Of a DNA stretch of 64,000 nt, positions 62,746 to 64,000 are shown piece by piece. Position 1 is the stretch's first letter, and each line of letters begins with the position of its first letter. The stretch spans positions 1-64,000 of the forward strand of contig JAAILG010001594.1 in the NCBI GenBank assembly GCA_012026655.1, in the 5' to 3' direction. The stretch comes from Hydrolagus affinis. Its lineage: Eukaryota. The notes beneath the pieces were generated by a model that saw only the letters and a program-made list of their open reading frames with translations, searched no databases and was not told the DNA's origin. The position numbers and the translations under genes were made by a program.

Positions 62746-64000
62746 GGCTTTGGAAGAAAAAAAGTAGACCTTGCAATTTTGTAGGCATTTGGTATGGTGT
62801 TTATCACCGGGACTTGATTATTTCTGACTTCTTTTATTTTCTCTCCATCTCTCTCTCTCTCTCTCTCTCTGTGTGGTGTTTGCGGTGATTCCACGCTGGC
62901 ATCTCCCCTTCGCTACCTGTGGCTTTCTTACTGATGTGCTGCTGTGCATCATTCCAATCAATCGACCTCATCCACCTTCTCTGCTGTCACTCATCTCTGC
63001 GTGTTAATCCGCCCTGAATTCAGCGTGATCTGTTCTCCCGCAACTCACCTGAATAGAGTCAGCGTTAATAACACCCACAGTTGCAAGAGTTGCAAACACA
63101 CGTGTGTCTTTATCTCTCTATTCCCTTTCTGTGCTACTTTCGCGTCTTTGATTTTCCAAGACTTTTCCGAGTTTTATCCCCCTCTTCCCCCCCCCACCCC
63201 CCCCACCCCCCCCCTCTCATTTTCTGTGTTAGGGACCAATCTGCTGGCCAGGTCTGCCAATGTTACCAGAACCAGGCAGTGAAGTGTGTGTCAGTCAGCT
63301 TCCTGCTTCATGAGATGAATCACTCACAGAGACTGAGCTCATTGTGGGAGGAAGCTCCTGGGAGCTAAGCTGAACCTCACCACTCCGTGGAATGGTGCGT
63401 TAGCGTTAACCTGATGTGCTACTTCACTGGCATTTCTGTCCGTCATTGATACTGTCTGTGACTTGAAAGAGTAACACTGTGCAAACTAAATTACTGAAGC
63501 ATCATGATTCTAACAGTCAGTTAGCTTAACAGTTAGAAAGAAGTGAGGCTGAAAAATGCTGGTGTAAGGACTAGAAGAGAGGGACACACACAAACACATT
63601 GATATTAATACAGAGGTACTCATAAAGGCACACACATACAGAAGAGGCACACACAGACACACCCGTAAATACGTACATATGTATTTCTATGATTCTAATT
63701 TGAAAAGGTTTGAAATTATCCAGTTATTTGACGAAAAGTGGACTTAAAAACAACACACTAAATTCCCCCACTTTTCAAATACGGTTCATTTCATTAATAC
63801 ACTAAGAATGTTTTTTTCTGATCTTCATTTAAAGCTTCTAAAACAGGCCTATTTTTAAATTGACATCGAAAACGAGAGGCTTTCAGAATCCAAAATTAAA
63901 CAGAATGGCTCTGATACTTCATAATTCAATATTCCAATTATTCCATATCATTAAGATCCAGTTCCATGTCAGTGTCTCAGTGGTTTACAGCACTCGGCGT

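Noticed and set aside
62358-62894. Pro- and Gly-rich ORFs
   Set aside because: They are readings of a C-rich L2 3' fragment.
53500-64000. PSKH1 coding exons expected from human synteny
   Set aside because: I found no MGCGTSKV-like start or kinase motifs in this region.

Overview
Vertebrate genomic DNA, most likely from a cartilaginous fish. The SINE content resembles that of chimaeras such as Callorhinchus; this assignment is an inference. The window holds two + strand genes that I assembled exon by exon with consistent splice phases. The first is the 3' part of EDC4 (17 coding exons, 1114-27949; the 5' WD40 exons lie upstream of the window). The second is a complete 3-exon neuritin-family gene, NRN1L-like (36082-48341, 157 aa), in the same EDC4-NRN1L order as in human. 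One EDC4 intron (12539-13794) has the hallmarks of a minor-spliceosome (U12) GT-AG intron. The rest is repeat-rich: dozens of tRNA-headed SINEs, older SacSINE1/DeuSINE-like copies, L2 and CR1 3' fragments, a nested Tigger-like MITE with an internal palindrome, and a deleted mariner element. Nearly all ORFs in the supplied track are spurious. I found no convincing new multi-gene system. The most unusual unexplained signals are a perfect 29-bp long-range inverted repeat in an EDC4 intron and the nested, palindromic Tigger-derived element. Family assignments come from recalled consensus sequences, not database searches.
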